Position numbers and translations under genes: made by a program. DNA of 64,000 bases from a virus: the IMG/VR virus record IMGVR_UViG_3300029893_000002; one strand, 5' to 3'. Of the stretch, positions 53,030-62,883 are shown in pieces; position 1 is the stretch's first letter, and each line of letters opens with the position of its first letter. Under the pieces are notes generated by a model. That model was given only the letters and a program-made list of their open reading frames with translations, was not told where the DNA came from and made no database searches.

Positions 53030-53233
53030 ATGGGGGACAGGGAGAAAGACGGGCGCCCTCGGCAGCGGCCTGAATTTAGTCCGCAGGCTAAGCCGTTCTC
53101 ATTCGAGAGCGGCGCCCCCGGGCCGAACGGCATCTGGGTGGACCGGACGCGCGGCCTCGCCGCGGTCCCGGCGACCGACGACGAGCTCGAGCACCTCGTC
53201 GATGCCCTGAGCGGCGATCCGGCGCGCTTCTGA
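53030..53233 (+). CDS. Small hypothetical protein
   Basis: Only plausible ORF in the gap. Confidence 0.4.
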   Translation: MGDREKDGRPRQRPEFSPQAKPFSFESGAPGPNGIWVDRTRGLAAVPATDDELEHLVDALSGDPARF

Positions 53234-53249
53234 ACTGCCGATCACCCTC

Positions 53250-53666
53250 TTACGCTGTCTTTTCGGGGGCTTGTTTGATTCTTTCCCCTCCGCCGAGATC
53301 ACCCCGGCGCGCCCGCCGGCCGGGGTTGTGGCGGCGGCAGTACCACTCGACCCGGCGCGGATCGTAGGGGTCGGGGTGGTGCGCCTCGAGCAGGCGCGTC
53401 GTCCCGCAGACCCGGCAGGGCTCCCTTTCCAGTTGGCCCCGGCGGACGAGCATGTTCGTGTAGGACCGGACCCGGGCGCGGCGGCGCTGGTCCTCGCTCA
53501 GATCGCGGTACTTCTTCCGGTTTTTCCGCGCCCAGGCCCGCGTGCAGGGGCCACAGTAGCCCTTGCCGGGCTCGCGCGGCCGCTCGGCGCACCGGGGGCA
53601 GAGGCCGTCCCTGCGCCTCGGGGGCTTCTCCTCGCCCCACTTCGCCCAGAATTCGGCCTCTTGCAC
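53250..53666 (-). CDS. HNH-like small endonuclease
   Basis: CRVCG..EAHHPDPY..VEWYCRRH. Confidence 0.7.
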   Translation of the reverse strand: MQEAEFWAKWGEEKPPRRRDGLCPRCAERPREPGKGYCGPCTRAWARKNRKKYRDLSEDQRRRARVRSYTNMLVRRGQLEREPCRVCGTTRLLEAHHPDPYDPRRVEWYCRRHNPGRRARRGDLGGGERIKQAPEKTA

Positions 53667-53723
53667 CGTGGCGACCCTCCCCAGGGTTCCACGGGAAACT
53701 CTAACACAAACAGGTGCGGGGTT

Positions 53724-54449
53724 TCACGCTCCGGGTCGGTCGTTGCACGGGTCGGCGGCCGCCCGCTCGGGGCAGCTGGCGAGGCCGGGGACGCACCAGC
53801 CCACGTTCAGGCTCCCCGCGCACTCGAGCGGCACCCAACCCGCCGCACACGCGTGCCGCAGGTCGCTCCTCAGGCGCCTCGAGCCCCAGTGGTGCGGCCG
53901 TGCGCCCGCGCAGGGGTTTTCGGGCGGCTCGGCGAGGTCCCGCCGTGCCCGCTCGAGCGTCCGGAGCCAGCGGCCGCGCACGGCCCGCCAGGGGATGGTC
54001 GCCTGGTAGGAGGGCGGCTCTGTGCCGGCGGCGTCGAGCTCAGCGACCCAGCGGACCCGCTCGCTCCGGCCCGGCGGCTCGACCCCGGTCGCCCGGCTCG
54101 AGTAGGCCCGCATCTGGCGGAGGTCGGGGCGCCCCCCGCCCGAGAGGCGCGAGAGGACCTGGTAGATCAGCCGCTCGTCCGCCCGGCTCCGGCCGTCCGC
54201 CTCGTTGAAGTAGATCCGGGCCAGCGAGACGGCCGCGCCCGCTGGCGTCGGCCGCCAGCCGCGCCCCGCGGCCGCGTCCGCCGGGACCGACTCCGGGACG
54301 GGCCGGGCGCCGACGATCTCGATCGGCGCGAGCTCCACCACGACCCCGGGCTCTGGCGCCCGCTCGGGCATCCTCCTCGGATCGACGCTCTCGGTCTCAA
54401 TCGATCCGCAGCCGCAGATCACGGCCGCGATGAACGCCAGTACGCGCAT
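53724..54449 (-). CDS. Lipoprotein-like protein with possible SleB-like hydrolase domain
   Basis: ICGC lipobox-like; SLARIYFNEA. Confidence 0.55.
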   Translation of the reverse strand: MRVLAFIAAVICGCGSIETESVDPRRMPERAPEPGVVVELAPIEIVGARPVPESVPADAAAGRGWRPTPAGAAVSLARIYFNEADGRSRADERLIYQVLSRLSGGGRPDLRQMRAYSSRATGVEPPGRSERVRWVAELDAAGTEPPSYQATIPWRAVRGRWLRTLERARRDLAEPPENPCAGARPHHWGSRRLRSDLRHACAAGWVPLECAGSLNVGWCVPGLASCPERAAADPCNDRPGA

Positions 54450-54586
54450 CGACTCCCTCCCTCCGTCGCGTGACGCTGGCTTTCAGCGTCCTTGCGATCT
54501 CCTGCTGGTTCGGTGCGCCGGACGGTAGCGGCTGGGGCAGTCTGGTGCAACCACCCGCGCCTGCGTGCCCACACGTACGCGTTCGG

Positions 54587-55312
54587 TCAGTACCACTTCG
54601 GGAACCGCTCGAGGCCGCTCGGGGCGCCCTGTCGGCTCAGCGTGAGGCCGCCGACCGTGCCGCGGCTCACCCAGCTGGCGGGGGCGCCCGCCAGGTCGGC
54701 GTGTGTCCAGTAGTGCTCCCATCCCGCGCCGCCATCGACCATGTCCTCGGCCTCGAGCGCGGCCACGGTGAAGTCCACGATCTGCGCCTCGGTGAGAGCC
54801 GTCCCCGCAAGGTATGCGAACGCCGCGACGCCGCCGTTGAGCGGTCTTCCGCTCGCCGCCGCGTGGTAGCCGACCGAGGGCGCAGTCGCGGGCACGGAGT
54901 AGGCGCCCGCGATCGTCGTGGAGACGACGCGGCTTCCGTTGAGAAAGAGCTGCATGCGGTCATTCGCGACGTCGCGCACGCCGACCGCGATCGCCCAGGC
55001 CAGGTTGCGGGGCGGCATGTCTGGCATCGACGGCGCCGCCGCCGTCGCGCCGCTCGTTTGAAACCGCATGATGGCCGCGTTGAGCTCGAAGCCCCACCCG
55101 TCGAATGATGCGTCCTGGTTTCCGAGGACGAACGCGTTGGGCGTCGAGCCCGTGATGTTCCTTCCGTAGAACACCGCCGCGGCCGTCATCGTCGCAGCGC
55201 CCGGCAGATCCCCCGCGGCGCCCTCGTACCCGATGTTCGGTCCTACACCGAATCCCTCGATGACGTTCCATCGAGTCGCGCCACCAGGAGGTGCAGTAAC
55301 GGCTCCAGCCAT
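54587..55312 (-). CDS. LamG/ConA-like domain protein (tandem copy 1)
   Basis: QLFLNG, LNG.VAAFAY; shared W...G..L...G.P tail. Confidence 0.75.
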   Translation of the reverse strand: MAGAVTAPPGGATRWNVIEGFGVGPNIGYEGAAGDLPGAATMTAAAVFYGRNITGSTPNAFVLGNQDASFDGWGFELNAAIMRFQTSGATAAAPSMPDMPPRNLAWAIAVGVRDVANDRMQLFLNGSRVVSTTIAGAYSVPATAPSVGYHAAASGRPLNGGVAAFAYLAGTALTEAQIVDFTVAALEAEDMVDGGAGWEHYWTHADLAGAPASWVSRGTVGGLTLSRQGAPSGLERFPKWY

Positions 55313-56058
55313 CAGAACCTCGCCGGCTCGCCGTACGCCTCGGGCTCGCCCGTCTTCGCCAGATTGCCGACCCCGAGCGTGTCGATGCGCGGCACCCACG
55401 ATGCGGCGAGAGGCGACCCCGGGCCCTGCCAAAGGTCGGCGGCGTCGATGTAGTATTCGCAGCCTGCGAACGCGCTCAGCTCGCGGCCTTGTTCCATGTC
55501 GTCGATGATGGCGTTCAGATGTGCGGCCATCGCTGCGCCACTCAGCACGGCAGCGCCTTCGCTGTGCTGGTAGGCGCACACCTGTCCGGTTGGCGGGCGT
55601 CTGTCACCTGCGTTTCCGTTGCCGCCCACCACGAACGGTTGCGCACTGACCGTGGCACCGCCCGCGGTCGCTGCGTCGGCACCTACCTGACCAGCGAAAT
55701 CGAAGATCCGCAAGTTTGCACCGTCGTATGTCGCGCCGAGCGCAACCGTCTGGCGTTCCAACAGCGTGTAGCTCGCCGATGCGACCGCGGTAGGAGTCCC
55801 GTCCACGACGACGCACTGAACGGCGTCTGCTCCAACGACACGCCACCAAAAGCCGCCCTTACCCGATCCCAGCGTAGTGCGCCCGATGATCGTGTCCTGG
55901 CTGACGTTCCGACGCGTAGGCCACCCCGACTTGTACACGAGCACGCTGTTCAGCGCGGCCGACACATTCGGGCCCGAGGCGCTGCTGTAGAAGCTCGTCT
56001 CCAGAAAGCGCCCGGCGCCAACGAGACGCTCGACACGCTGGTCTGCGGCGCGCGGCAT
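55312..56058 (-). CDS. LamG/ConA-like domain protein (tandem copy 2)
   Basis: GATYDG.NLRI; QGREL, YYIDAAD tail. Confidence 0.75.
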   Translation of the reverse strand: MPRAADQRVERLVGAGRFLETSFYSSASGPNVSAALNSVLVYKSGWPTRRNVSQDTIIGRTTLGSGKGGFWWRVVGADAVQCVVVDGTPTAVASASYTLLERQTVALGATYDGANLRIFDFAGQVGADAATAGGATVSAQPFVVGGNGNAGDRRPPTGQVCAYQHSEGAAVLSGAAMAAHLNAIIDDMEQGRELSAFAGCEYYIDAADLWQGPGSPLAASWVPRIDTLGVGNLAKTGEPEAYGEPARF

Positions 56059-56819
56059 CAGGGCACCCTCATCGGATAGGAGTAGGCGTTGGGTGCGTCG
56101 ATTTTCGTCATCGTCACTCCCGAGATCCGATCGTCGAAGCTCGCGCGCAAACCGCCGCCTCCGATCACCGCGTCGCGCAGATCGAAGGCCCAGTCCTGGT
56201 CAGCGACACCGGCGCGGAAGTGCGGCACGTCGCGTCCCTGCTGGAGCGCTGCCGTCACGTCGGCGAGATAGTCGAGTGCTTCGGCGTCGGTTGCGAGCGT
56301 TCCGTTGGACAGACCGAGGTAAGTGACGGGGCAGGCGGACGTGCGGGACGTCGGTAGTCCAGCACCTGCGCCGGCTACATCGATTCCAATGAACATGCGT
56401 GCTGTTCCGGCCATTGCGTCGAGGTTCCCGCACGCAATCGACCCGACGAGGGCATCTTTGAAATAGTGCTTGAGCGTTCCACCACTGAGCGTCGCCATGC
56501 TCACGATCAAGCGTCCATTCATCGGCGCGATCGGCGAGACGCCAGGGCTGATGATAGTGGCGGCGCCGGACAATAGCCGCCACTCATAGTTGGCCGTCGC
56601 AGAATGCCACACGAAGTACGAGTGCGTGGCTGTCGTGGCCGCCGCCCCCGCGACCAACTCAGCGGCGAACGAGAACGCCTGCGTGGTGCGCAGTTGCACG
56701 AACGCGCAGATGCCCAGGAACGTCGCCGTGTTGCCTGGGCCGACAAGCGTCGGTGCGCGATAGCCGCCGCCTACTCCTCGTTTCGATCCGACGCACGCGC
56801 GCTGCGCCACCCGCTTCAT
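56058..56819 (-). CDS. LamG/ConA-like domain protein (tandem copy 3)
   Basis: LQQGRD, WAFDLRD, DDRISG tail. Confidence 0.75.
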   Translation of the reverse strand: MKRVAQRACVGSKRGVGGGYRAPTLVGPGNTATFLGICAFVQLRTTQAFSFAAELVAGAAATTATHSYFVWHSATANYEWRLLSGAATIISPGVSPIAPMNGRLIVSMATLSGGTLKHYFKDALVGSIACGNLDAMAGTARMFIGIDVAGAGAGLPTSRTSACPVTYLGLSNGTLATDAEALDYLADVTAALQQGRDVPHFRAGVADQDWAFDLRDAVIGGGGLRASFDDRISGVTMTKIDAPNAYSYPMRVP

Positions 56820-57574
56820 GCGCCGACCACCCTTCCGGGGAAGCCGGCGCGCTCCAACGTGCCCTGCAGGTTCATCACGGTACCCCCGATCCGGTCCTCC
56901 CAGGTGCCGTTGACCCAGTCGATGTCGCGCGGATCCCAGTAGTGCTCGGGCGCAACGATCGCGGACAGGCCCGCGTCGAGGTCGCGTCCCTCGCGGAGGT
57001 TGGCTGCCACGAGATCATGGGCAGCCTCCCGTCCGCCTGCGTCGAGACCAGCAGAGTCGGTCGCGAGCAGGGCGATAAGCCCGGTCTGATCGATCGAGAA
57101 TGAACCGCTGCTGGTAGTGGCACCGAAGGCCAGCGTGGAGCCGTTGCTGTTCGGCGTGTACCCGCTGTACGGACCAGCCGTTTCATCTCGCCCCGCAACG
57201 TAGAGACCAAAGCTCACGTCCGAGATATGCGATCCCACCATTACGAGAACCTCTCCAGGACGGGCCACGTAGGATCCCACCGTTCGCTGGTTCCCGACGC
57301 CGTCCGCGATAGCAAAGGTCAGCCCAGCGCTACTCCCCTGCTGTGTGAGCAGGCGCCATCCACCCGAGCCCGCCACGCTCGATGACGAGCTGGCGATGCA
57401 CTTGCCGATCGTGCCCGAGATGTGCCGCATCTGCCCGATGACGGCGATCACCGTCATGTCCTCGGAACCCTGGGGCGGAGGGTTTGCAGCGGGACTCGAC
57501 CACACCCCGCGGGCGTCGAATGTGCTCCCAAACTTCGCCGACGCCGGCCAGTGTGCGACGCGCTCGACGGCCAT
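56816..57574 (-). CDS. LamG/ConA-like domain protein (tandem copy 4)
   Basis: NLREGRDL, YWDPRD, WEDRIGG tail. Confidence 0.75.
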   Translation of the reverse strand: MAVERVAHWPASAKFGSTFDARGVWSSPAANPPPQGSEDMTVIAVIGQMRHISGTIGKCIASSSSSVAGSGGWRLLTQQGSSAGLTFAIADGVGNQRTVGSYVARPGEVLVMVGSHISDVSFGLYVAGRDETAGPYSGYTPNSNGSTLAFGATTSSGSFSIDQTGLIALLATDSAGLDAGGREAAHDLVAANLREGRDLDAGLSAIVAPEHYWDPRDIDWVNGTWEDRIGGTVMNLQGTLERAGFPGRVVGA

Positions 57575-58281
57575 CAGACGCGCCCTCCCACGCCGAAGCG
57601 CTGCGGCGCGCCCGTCGGCGCGAGCGCCTGACCCGCGACGCGGTCGATCCAGTCCTCGCCGGGCACGAAGTCGTCGCCGTCCCAGTAGCGGCCGAGGGCG
57701 AAGCCGAGCCCTTGGTCGAGGTCGCGGCCCTGGGCGAGGTTCGCGGCGATCGTGTCATGGATGGCTTCGACCACGGCAGCGTCGACCGCTGCCGGCTGCG
57801 CTGCGATGGCCGCAACCGCCGAGAAGGAGCGCGCCGGAAGCCCGAAGCTGTTCGGCTCGACGCCCAGCGCCACGTTGCGCAGGCCAGCCGTCACACCCGC
57901 CGCACCGACCGCGCTCGCTCCCGTGACCGCGCCGATCCTCGCTAGGGACTGCCCGCCCGAGTAGCCGCCGACCGCCACGATCGTCGTTCCGGGCACGGGC
58001 GTGAACGCGCACTGAGCATCGCGCGCTGCGCCGCCCCCGTCGGCGACACGGAAGACGAGGCCCCCGGCCCCGCTCGGCCAGAACCAGTGCCAGCCTCGCG
58101 TAGAGGCGTTGTCGTTGGCCCAGATGCGCTCGGCCGTGCTTCCAGGGCGTGCGAGGACGCGTAGCACGAGCGCGCGGATCATCGGGTCGGTACCCGCGGG
58201 ATCGGCCGACGTGCTCTCGAAGAACGCCGCACTGTCGCGGTACCCCCCGAGCCCGACCCACTCGCGCACGCGCCTGGTCAC
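57574..58281 (-). CDS. LamG/ConA-like domain protein (tandem copy 5)
   Basis: GTG start; NLAQGRDL, YWDGDD, WIDRVAG tail. Confidence 0.75.
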   Translation of the reverse strand: MTRRVREWVGLGGYRDSAAFFESTSADPAGTDPMIRALVLRVLARPGSTAERIWANDNASTRGWHWFWPSGAGGLVFRVADGGGAARDAQCAFTPVPGTTIVAVGGYSGGQSLARIGAVTGASAVGAAGVTAGLRNVALGVEPNSFGLPARSFSAVAAIAAQPAAVDAAVVEAIHDTIAANLAQGRDLDQGLGFALGRYWDGDDFVPGEDWIDRVAGQALAPTGAPQRFGVGGRV

Positions 58282-58994
58282 AGGCACACCCCTGGATGCT
58301 CGATGCGCTCGACCGGCGCCGTGTAGGCGAGCTGCGCCCCCGAGACGCGGTCGACCCAGGTGCCGTACCCGGGCCAGTCGCGGCCGTCCCAGTACCACTC
58401 GCTCACCGCGGCGAGGCCGTCGTCGTACCGGCGCCCCTGCTGCACGTTGGCGCGCACGGCCGTGAGGAGCGTCGCAAGATCCGTGATCGCCGACACGTCG
58501 GTGCCGAAGACCGCGCACACATCGAAGCTGTCGCAGTGCCCACTGAACGATGCGCCGTCGAGGACGCTAAAGTTGCCCGCGCCGCCCGACGGATCGCCCT
58601 GCGCCGGCGCCGTCGACTGCGCATCGGAGAGCACGCGCGATCGGAACGTCGTCCCGTCCCAGCTCAGCGCCCAGGCAAACAGCGCTCCGATGCCGGGAAG
58701 CGCGTGCTGGAGCGTGACGAAGGCGCCCCCGCCTCCAAATCCAGCGCCGATGCGCGCTTCGAGGTTGGTCGCGGTGGCGCGGTAGCCCCAGCCTTCGGAG
58801 TGCCCGAAGCCCTCGTTGGTGCTCGTGCGGTCGGCGAGGTACTCCGTCCCCGTCGGCACTGCGGTCTGACGCGCGAGCAGGACGCGCGTCATCGTGCCCG
58901 AGCCCTGCATCGGGTTGTCGAGGCTGGCGTCGCGGAAGATGCCCGTCAGCCGACCGACCCCAGGAACGCGCGCGTATCTGCCCGGCGCGCCCAC
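58278..58994 (-). CDS. LamG/ConA-like domain protein (tandem copy 6)
   Basis: NVQQGRRY, YWDGRD, WVDRVSG tail. Confidence 0.75.
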   Translation of the reverse strand: MGAPGRYARVPGVGRLTGIFRDASLDNPMQGSGTMTRVLLARQTAVPTGTEYLADRTSTNEGFGHSEGWGYRATATNLEARIGAGFGGGGAFVTLQHALPGIGALFAWALSWDGTTFRSRVLSDAQSTAPAQGDPSGGAGNFSVLDGASFSGHCDSFDVCAVFGTDVSAITDLATLLTAVRANVQQGRRYDDGLAAVSEWYWDGRDWPGYGTWVDRVSGAQLAYTAPVERIEHPGVCL

Positions 58995-58995
58995 G

Positions 58996-59727
58996 TCACA
59001 CCCCCGTGTTCAGGCAGTGCTCTGCCTCGGCGAGCATGTCGGCGGCAGACAGTTCGCTGTCCCAGACCTTCACGCTCCGGATGACACCGTTGAAGCGGTT
59101 TGCAGAGCCGTCCGCGTGCCCTCCGATGTTCACACCAGCGCCGGCGTCCGTCCCCCCCGTCGGCGGAGCTGCAGCCACGCCTGATCCGACGGAGCGGCCG
59201 TTCGCGTAGATGTTGTAGGTCACCCCGTCAGCGTTGCGCGTTAGCCCAACGTGGCACCACTGCCATGGCGTAATGCCGCTGTCGGCCGTGACGATGTTGT
59301 TGCTACCAGCGCCCGACTCGTGGAACGCCTGCAGCTGTCCCTGCGTGATGACGAGAGACCACATGATGTTCGCCGCCTCCGTTTCACCGGACGCCATGAA
59401 GCCAACCACCATCTGGTCAGTATCAGCGCTTGCGAGCACCAGAGCCGAAACGCTGACCGCCGCCGCGAGGTTGAATGTCTGATCCACGCGTTCCAGTCGG
59501 TTGTTAGCCACCGTCAGGAACCCGCGGACATCGCCACCAGTACCGCAGCGCGCGTAGCTCTGCGTGCCTACTGCCAGGCTGAGATCCCGCGCGCTGCCGG
59601 AGGCGTCCGTCATGTCCCCGTCTAGCTGCCAGCATCCGAGGGGAGCGCGGCTCGTCGGGTCATGGTTGCGCGGAACGACGGGCCGGAGCGTCGCTCCGCT
59701 GAGGACCGGTGTGACGTACCCGCTCAC
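58996..59727 (-). CDS. Canonical LamG domain protein
   Basis: CWQLDG..DASG, WCHVGLT, YANG, FNGVIRSVKVWDSELS. Confidence 0.85.
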   Translation of the reverse strand: MSGYVTPVLSGATLRPVVPRNHDPTSRAPLGCWQLDGDMTDASGSARDLSLAVGTQSYARCGTGGDVRGFLTVANNRLERVDQTFNLAAAVSVSALVLASADTDQMVVGFMASGETEAANIMWSLVITQGQLQAFHESGAGSNNIVTADSGITPWQWCHVGLTRNADGVTYNIYANGRSVGSGVAAAPPTGGTDAGAGVNIGGHADGSANRFNGVIRSVKVWDSELSAADMLAEAEHCLNTGV

Positions 59728-59730
59728 GCG

Positions 59731-60177
59731 CTAGCTCCGGGTCGTGCCGAGTCGCAAGACCTTGCCCTCGATCTCCGTTGCGGCGTGCTCTCCCCGCGCG
59801 CGGTTGTAGAAGCGCTCGGCGTCGGCCTCGTCGATGGCGCCCGGGCCCCGGCCGCGGGCGAGCTCGGCGAGGACCTCCTCGAGCGTGCGGCCGGCCGCGA
59901 CTGCCGCGCGCACCGCCGCATGCTCGGCCGCACTCAGGCTGCCGCCGGCGGCGGCGCCGAGCCGGCGGCAGATGTCGAGCAGCTGGCGCTCGAGCTCGGC
60001 CTGCGTCGAGGCCCTCACGTCCTGCGGGATCCAGTCGCGGCCGTCCTCGGGGTGCGTGAAGACCGTCCCGTCGGACTTGGTGACCCGGTACTCGAGCGTG
60101 TAGAAGCTCTTGTCGCGCCCGCCGAGGACGCGGTGGGTGAAGCGGACGTTGCGGATTTCGATCTGCGGTTCGGCCAC
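59731..60177 (-). CDS. Hypothetical protein
   Basis: In operon order; SD. Confidence 0.65.
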   Translation of the reverse strand: MAEPQIEIRNVRFTHRVLGGRDKSFYTLEYRVTKSDGTVFTHPEDGRDWIPQDVRASTQAELERQLLDICRRLGAAAGGSLSAAEHAAVRAAVAAGRTLEEVLAELARGRGPGAIDEADAERFYNRARGEHAATEIEGKVLRLGTTRS

Positions 60178-60187
60178 GGCGTCCTCC

Positions 60188-61099
60188 TCAGAAGGCGAAG
60201 AGCGTCATGTGAAGACCGGCCGAGCCGGTGAAGGTCGCGAAGGTCGAGCTCGACGCACCCGTGATGCCCGTGTCGAGGTAGAGCCCCTCGTGATTGGAGA
60301 AGTCGAGGAAGAGCGCGCCCTGGTCGGGTACGCGCCACGGCGTCATGAACGGCGCGACGGCGCCCGGGGCGCCTGTCGTGTTGTGGATCTGGAAGAAGAG
60401 CGGGCCCCCGGACTCGTTCGAGATGTAGGCCGCGTAGAGGCGCCCCGCGGCGCCCTTGGCGGTCTCGGTCGTCAAGACGCCGGGCTCGTAGCTGACGAGG
60501 CAGGTGTTCTGTTCGACCGCCAGGATCTTCCGGGCCATCGCGACGAAGTCGTGGACCTGGTTTTCGCCCGCGAACGCGAGGTCGTGGTAGACGTGCTGGC
60601 GGCCAACGCGATCGAGCCATGCGCGGACCGCGCGGGCCACCGCGCCCACGGCGGCGGGGGCCTCGTCGTCGGCGTAGCCGCCGATCGGAACCGGGTACTG
60701 CGTGTAGGCCGCGTCGTGGGCGACGGCGCCGCCGACCGCGAGCGCGAGGGCCGGGTCGAGCGGCACGTCGCCCGCGGTGTTCGACGGGTCGATGCCGCTC
60801 ACCCGGACGCGCTGCCGGCTCTCGAGGTCGGTCGAGGCGCCCGCCCGGTCTCCTTCGTTGACTGCGGCGCGCGGATTGGCCGAGGCGAAGCCACCGATGT
60901 AGACCGGGTTCTCGTCGCCCGGATCCGGATCGCCGTGCGGCGTGAAGCCTTCGACCTCGCCGGTGAACGTCGCCGCCCCGAAGACGCGCACCCAGAGCCG
61001 GCCGAGCTCGTCGGCGGCGCCATGGTTGAACTGGCCGTTCGCCTGGGCGGTGAGGCCCGCCGTCCCGTCGTCCGATGCCCGAAACATCTGGTTCGCCAT
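60188..61099 (-). CDS. Putative structural protein
   Basis: Ala/Gly/Asp-rich, beta-rich C-terminus; GGAG SD. Confidence 0.7.
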   Translation of the reverse strand: MANQMFRASDDGTAGLTAQANGQFNHGAADELGRLWVRVFGAATFTGEVEGFTPHGDPDPGDENPVYIGGFASANPRAAVNEGDRAGASTDLESRQRVRVSGIDPSNTAGDVPLDPALALAVGGAVAHDAAYTQYPVPIGGYADDEAPAAVGAVARAVRAWLDRVGRQHVYHDLAFAGENQVHDFVAMARKILAVEQNTCLVSYEPGVLTTETAKGAAGRLYAAYISNESGGPLFFQIHNTTGAPGAVAPFMTPWRVPDQGALFLDFSNHEGLYLDTGITGASSSTFATFTGSAGLHMTLFAF

Positions 61100-61108
61100 C
61101 GGGGTCTC

Positions 61109-61780
61109 CTACACGCTGAACGGCATCGCGGGGCCGCTGTAGCCCGTTTGCCAGCTGAAACGGAACTGGGGCTCGAGGATGGTGGAGTCGGGGTCCTGGG
61201 CCGGCGGATTGGCGACCGGGTCGTTCTCCGACTGGAACCCGATCGCGTAGCCGTGGGCGACGACGAAGAAGCTCTGCCGCATGGACCAGCCGGGCGCGAC
61301 CTCGCCGGTCGGGATCTCGAACTCCCAGACGTCGTGCTCCATCCGCCAGAGCACGTTCGGGACGGCGACGCCGGGCCCGGGGTTCAGGATGGGTCGGGGC
61401 GTCGTCCCGGGCTGCCAGACCCGATCGGTCGCCCCGAGACTCGCGTCGGGCGCGCCGAAGACGTGCGTGTCGATGGGCAGGTAGCGCGGCGGCTGGTCAC
61501 CGGCCGGTGGAAAGCCGGGCGGCCGAAACTCCGCGTTCGGCCGGAGCCAGTACGGCTTGAGCCGGACGCGCTCGAACGCCGGCTCGTCGAGGAACATCTC
61601 GACCTCCATGTGGACGTTCTGGCCGACGCGGAACTCGTTGTAGCTCTGGCTGATGATCTGCTTGAAGATCTGTCCCGAGTCGATCCCGGCGTACTGCGGG
61701 ACGAGCAGGACCGGCGTGTGGACGCCGTTGACCCCGGGCTTGATGTCGCTGACGGTGGGCAGCGCGGCTTCGTCGCTCAT
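61109..61780 (-). CDS. Putative structural protein (Pro-rich, beta-sandwich-like)
   Basis: AGGAG SD; leads the structural-looking block. Confidence 0.7.
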   Translation of the reverse strand: MSDEAALPTVSDIKPGVNGVHTPVLLVPQYAGIDSGQIFKQIISQSYNEFRVGQNVHMEVEMFLDEPAFERVRLKPYWLRPNAEFRPPGFPPAGDQPPRYLPIDTHVFGAPDASLGATDRVWQPGTTPRPILNPGPGVAVPNVLWRMEHDVWEFEIPTGEVAPGWSMRQSFFVVAHGYAIGFQSENDPVANPPAQDPDSTILEPQFRFSWQTGYSGPAMPFSV

Positions 61781-61888
61781 GGCACTCCTCGGCCCTGAGG
61801 ACTCCCGGCGCTGCCCCTGTTAGCTCCGGGTCCCTCCGGCCGAGAATACCGTGGGGGGCCGATCGATTCCAAGGGGCGCGCGCGCCCG

Positions 61889-62098
61889 CTAGAGACCCAT
61901 CAGCGGATCGGCCGCCCCCCGAACGAGCACCGCGGCCGACGCCTCCTTGCGGCCGCCGCCGGCCGTCGAGCGCCACTTTACGGCCACCACCTCGTAGTGG
62001 ACCATGTCGATGTCGACCCCCTCGCCGACCCGCGGCGGGCTGTCGAGCTCCTCCGATCCGAGGGCCCTCCCCTCCTCGGACACGTACGAGACCTTCAT
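61889..62098 (-). CDS. Small protein with P.PR.G..V.I..YEV.AV.W domain
   Basis: ATGA coupling; domain shared with next gene. Confidence 0.6.
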   Translation of the reverse strand: MKVSYVSEEGRALGSEELDSPPRVGEGVDIDMVHYEVVAVKWRSTAGGGRKEASAAVLVRGAADPLMGL

Positions 62099-62448
62099 CG
62101 TGGCTCCTCGAGCGACGCGAACCGGTCGGGCACCGGCCCCTTGAGCAGGACGCGCACCGGGCGCCCCTCGCCGATCTGCCACTGGACGGCCATCACCTCG
62201 TAGGTCGCCGTGCCGATCTGCACCTGGTCGCCCATCCGGGGCGCGTCGGGGAGCTTCGTACTGACGAGGTGTTGTCCCGAAACGTATTCGTAAAAACAAA
62301 CGTGTAAGAGCATCGGATGTGACCACCTGATCTCGAGGCCCATCTCGGCCATCAACTCCTCGAGCCGAGCGACCCTCTCGTCGGTCGCTTCGACCTCAAT
62401 CGTGCCGACGCGCCGACCGCGTTCGTAGATGTCGCCTTGTCGGATCAT
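62095..62448 (-). CDS. Protein with C-terminal P.PR.G..V.I..YEV.AV.W domain
   Basis: ATGA coupling. Confidence 0.6.
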   Translation of the reverse strand: MIRQGDIYERGRRVGTIEVEATDERVARLEELMAEMGLEIRWSHPMLLHVCFYEYVSGQHLVSTKLPDAPRMGDQVQIGTATYEVMAVQWQIGEGRPVRVLLKGPVPDRFASLEEPR

Positions 62449-62855
62449 TCGAGAAAGAGGGGCACGACCGCCGCGAAGATGGTCCAGCCCAAGAACGCGA
62501 CGACCGCGAACCACAGGAGCGCATCGATCGCGGCGCACCACGTTTTTGCGGGGGGCGCGAGCTCGGTCATGAACACCGACTTGCACTCGCCGCAGTACCA
62601 GAGAAGGTGCGGCGCGAGACATGGCGGCGCGATGTGGCCGCAGTCGTCGGGCTGCTCGGCCAGGGTCACGAAGAGCACGTACCCGGACTCGCGGTGCAAG
62701 ACCGACCAGTACGCGCGGCCGCGGGGATAGGCCCACGTGACCCGCGACGGGTTCCCGCAGTGAACGCACGCGATGATCTGGCCCCCGGGGTGGGGGTGGA
62801 CCGGCTGCTCGGGCCTTGCCTCGGGCCGCGCCGGCTCCCTGTACCCCTCCACCAT
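62445..62855 (-). CDS. Zn-binding protein with C-terminal TM
   Basis: CVHC, CGEC, hydrophobic tail. Confidence 0.65.
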   Translation of the reverse strand: MVEGYREPARPEARPEQPVHPHPGGQIIACVHCGNPSRVTWAYPRGRAYWSVLHRESGYVLFVTLAEQPDDCGHIAPPCLAPHLLWYCGECKSVFMTELAPPAKTWCAAIDALLWFAVVAFLGWTIFAAVVPLFLE

Positions 62856-62883
62856 GGCCCCTAGCTACCCGTTCAGTGTCGCT

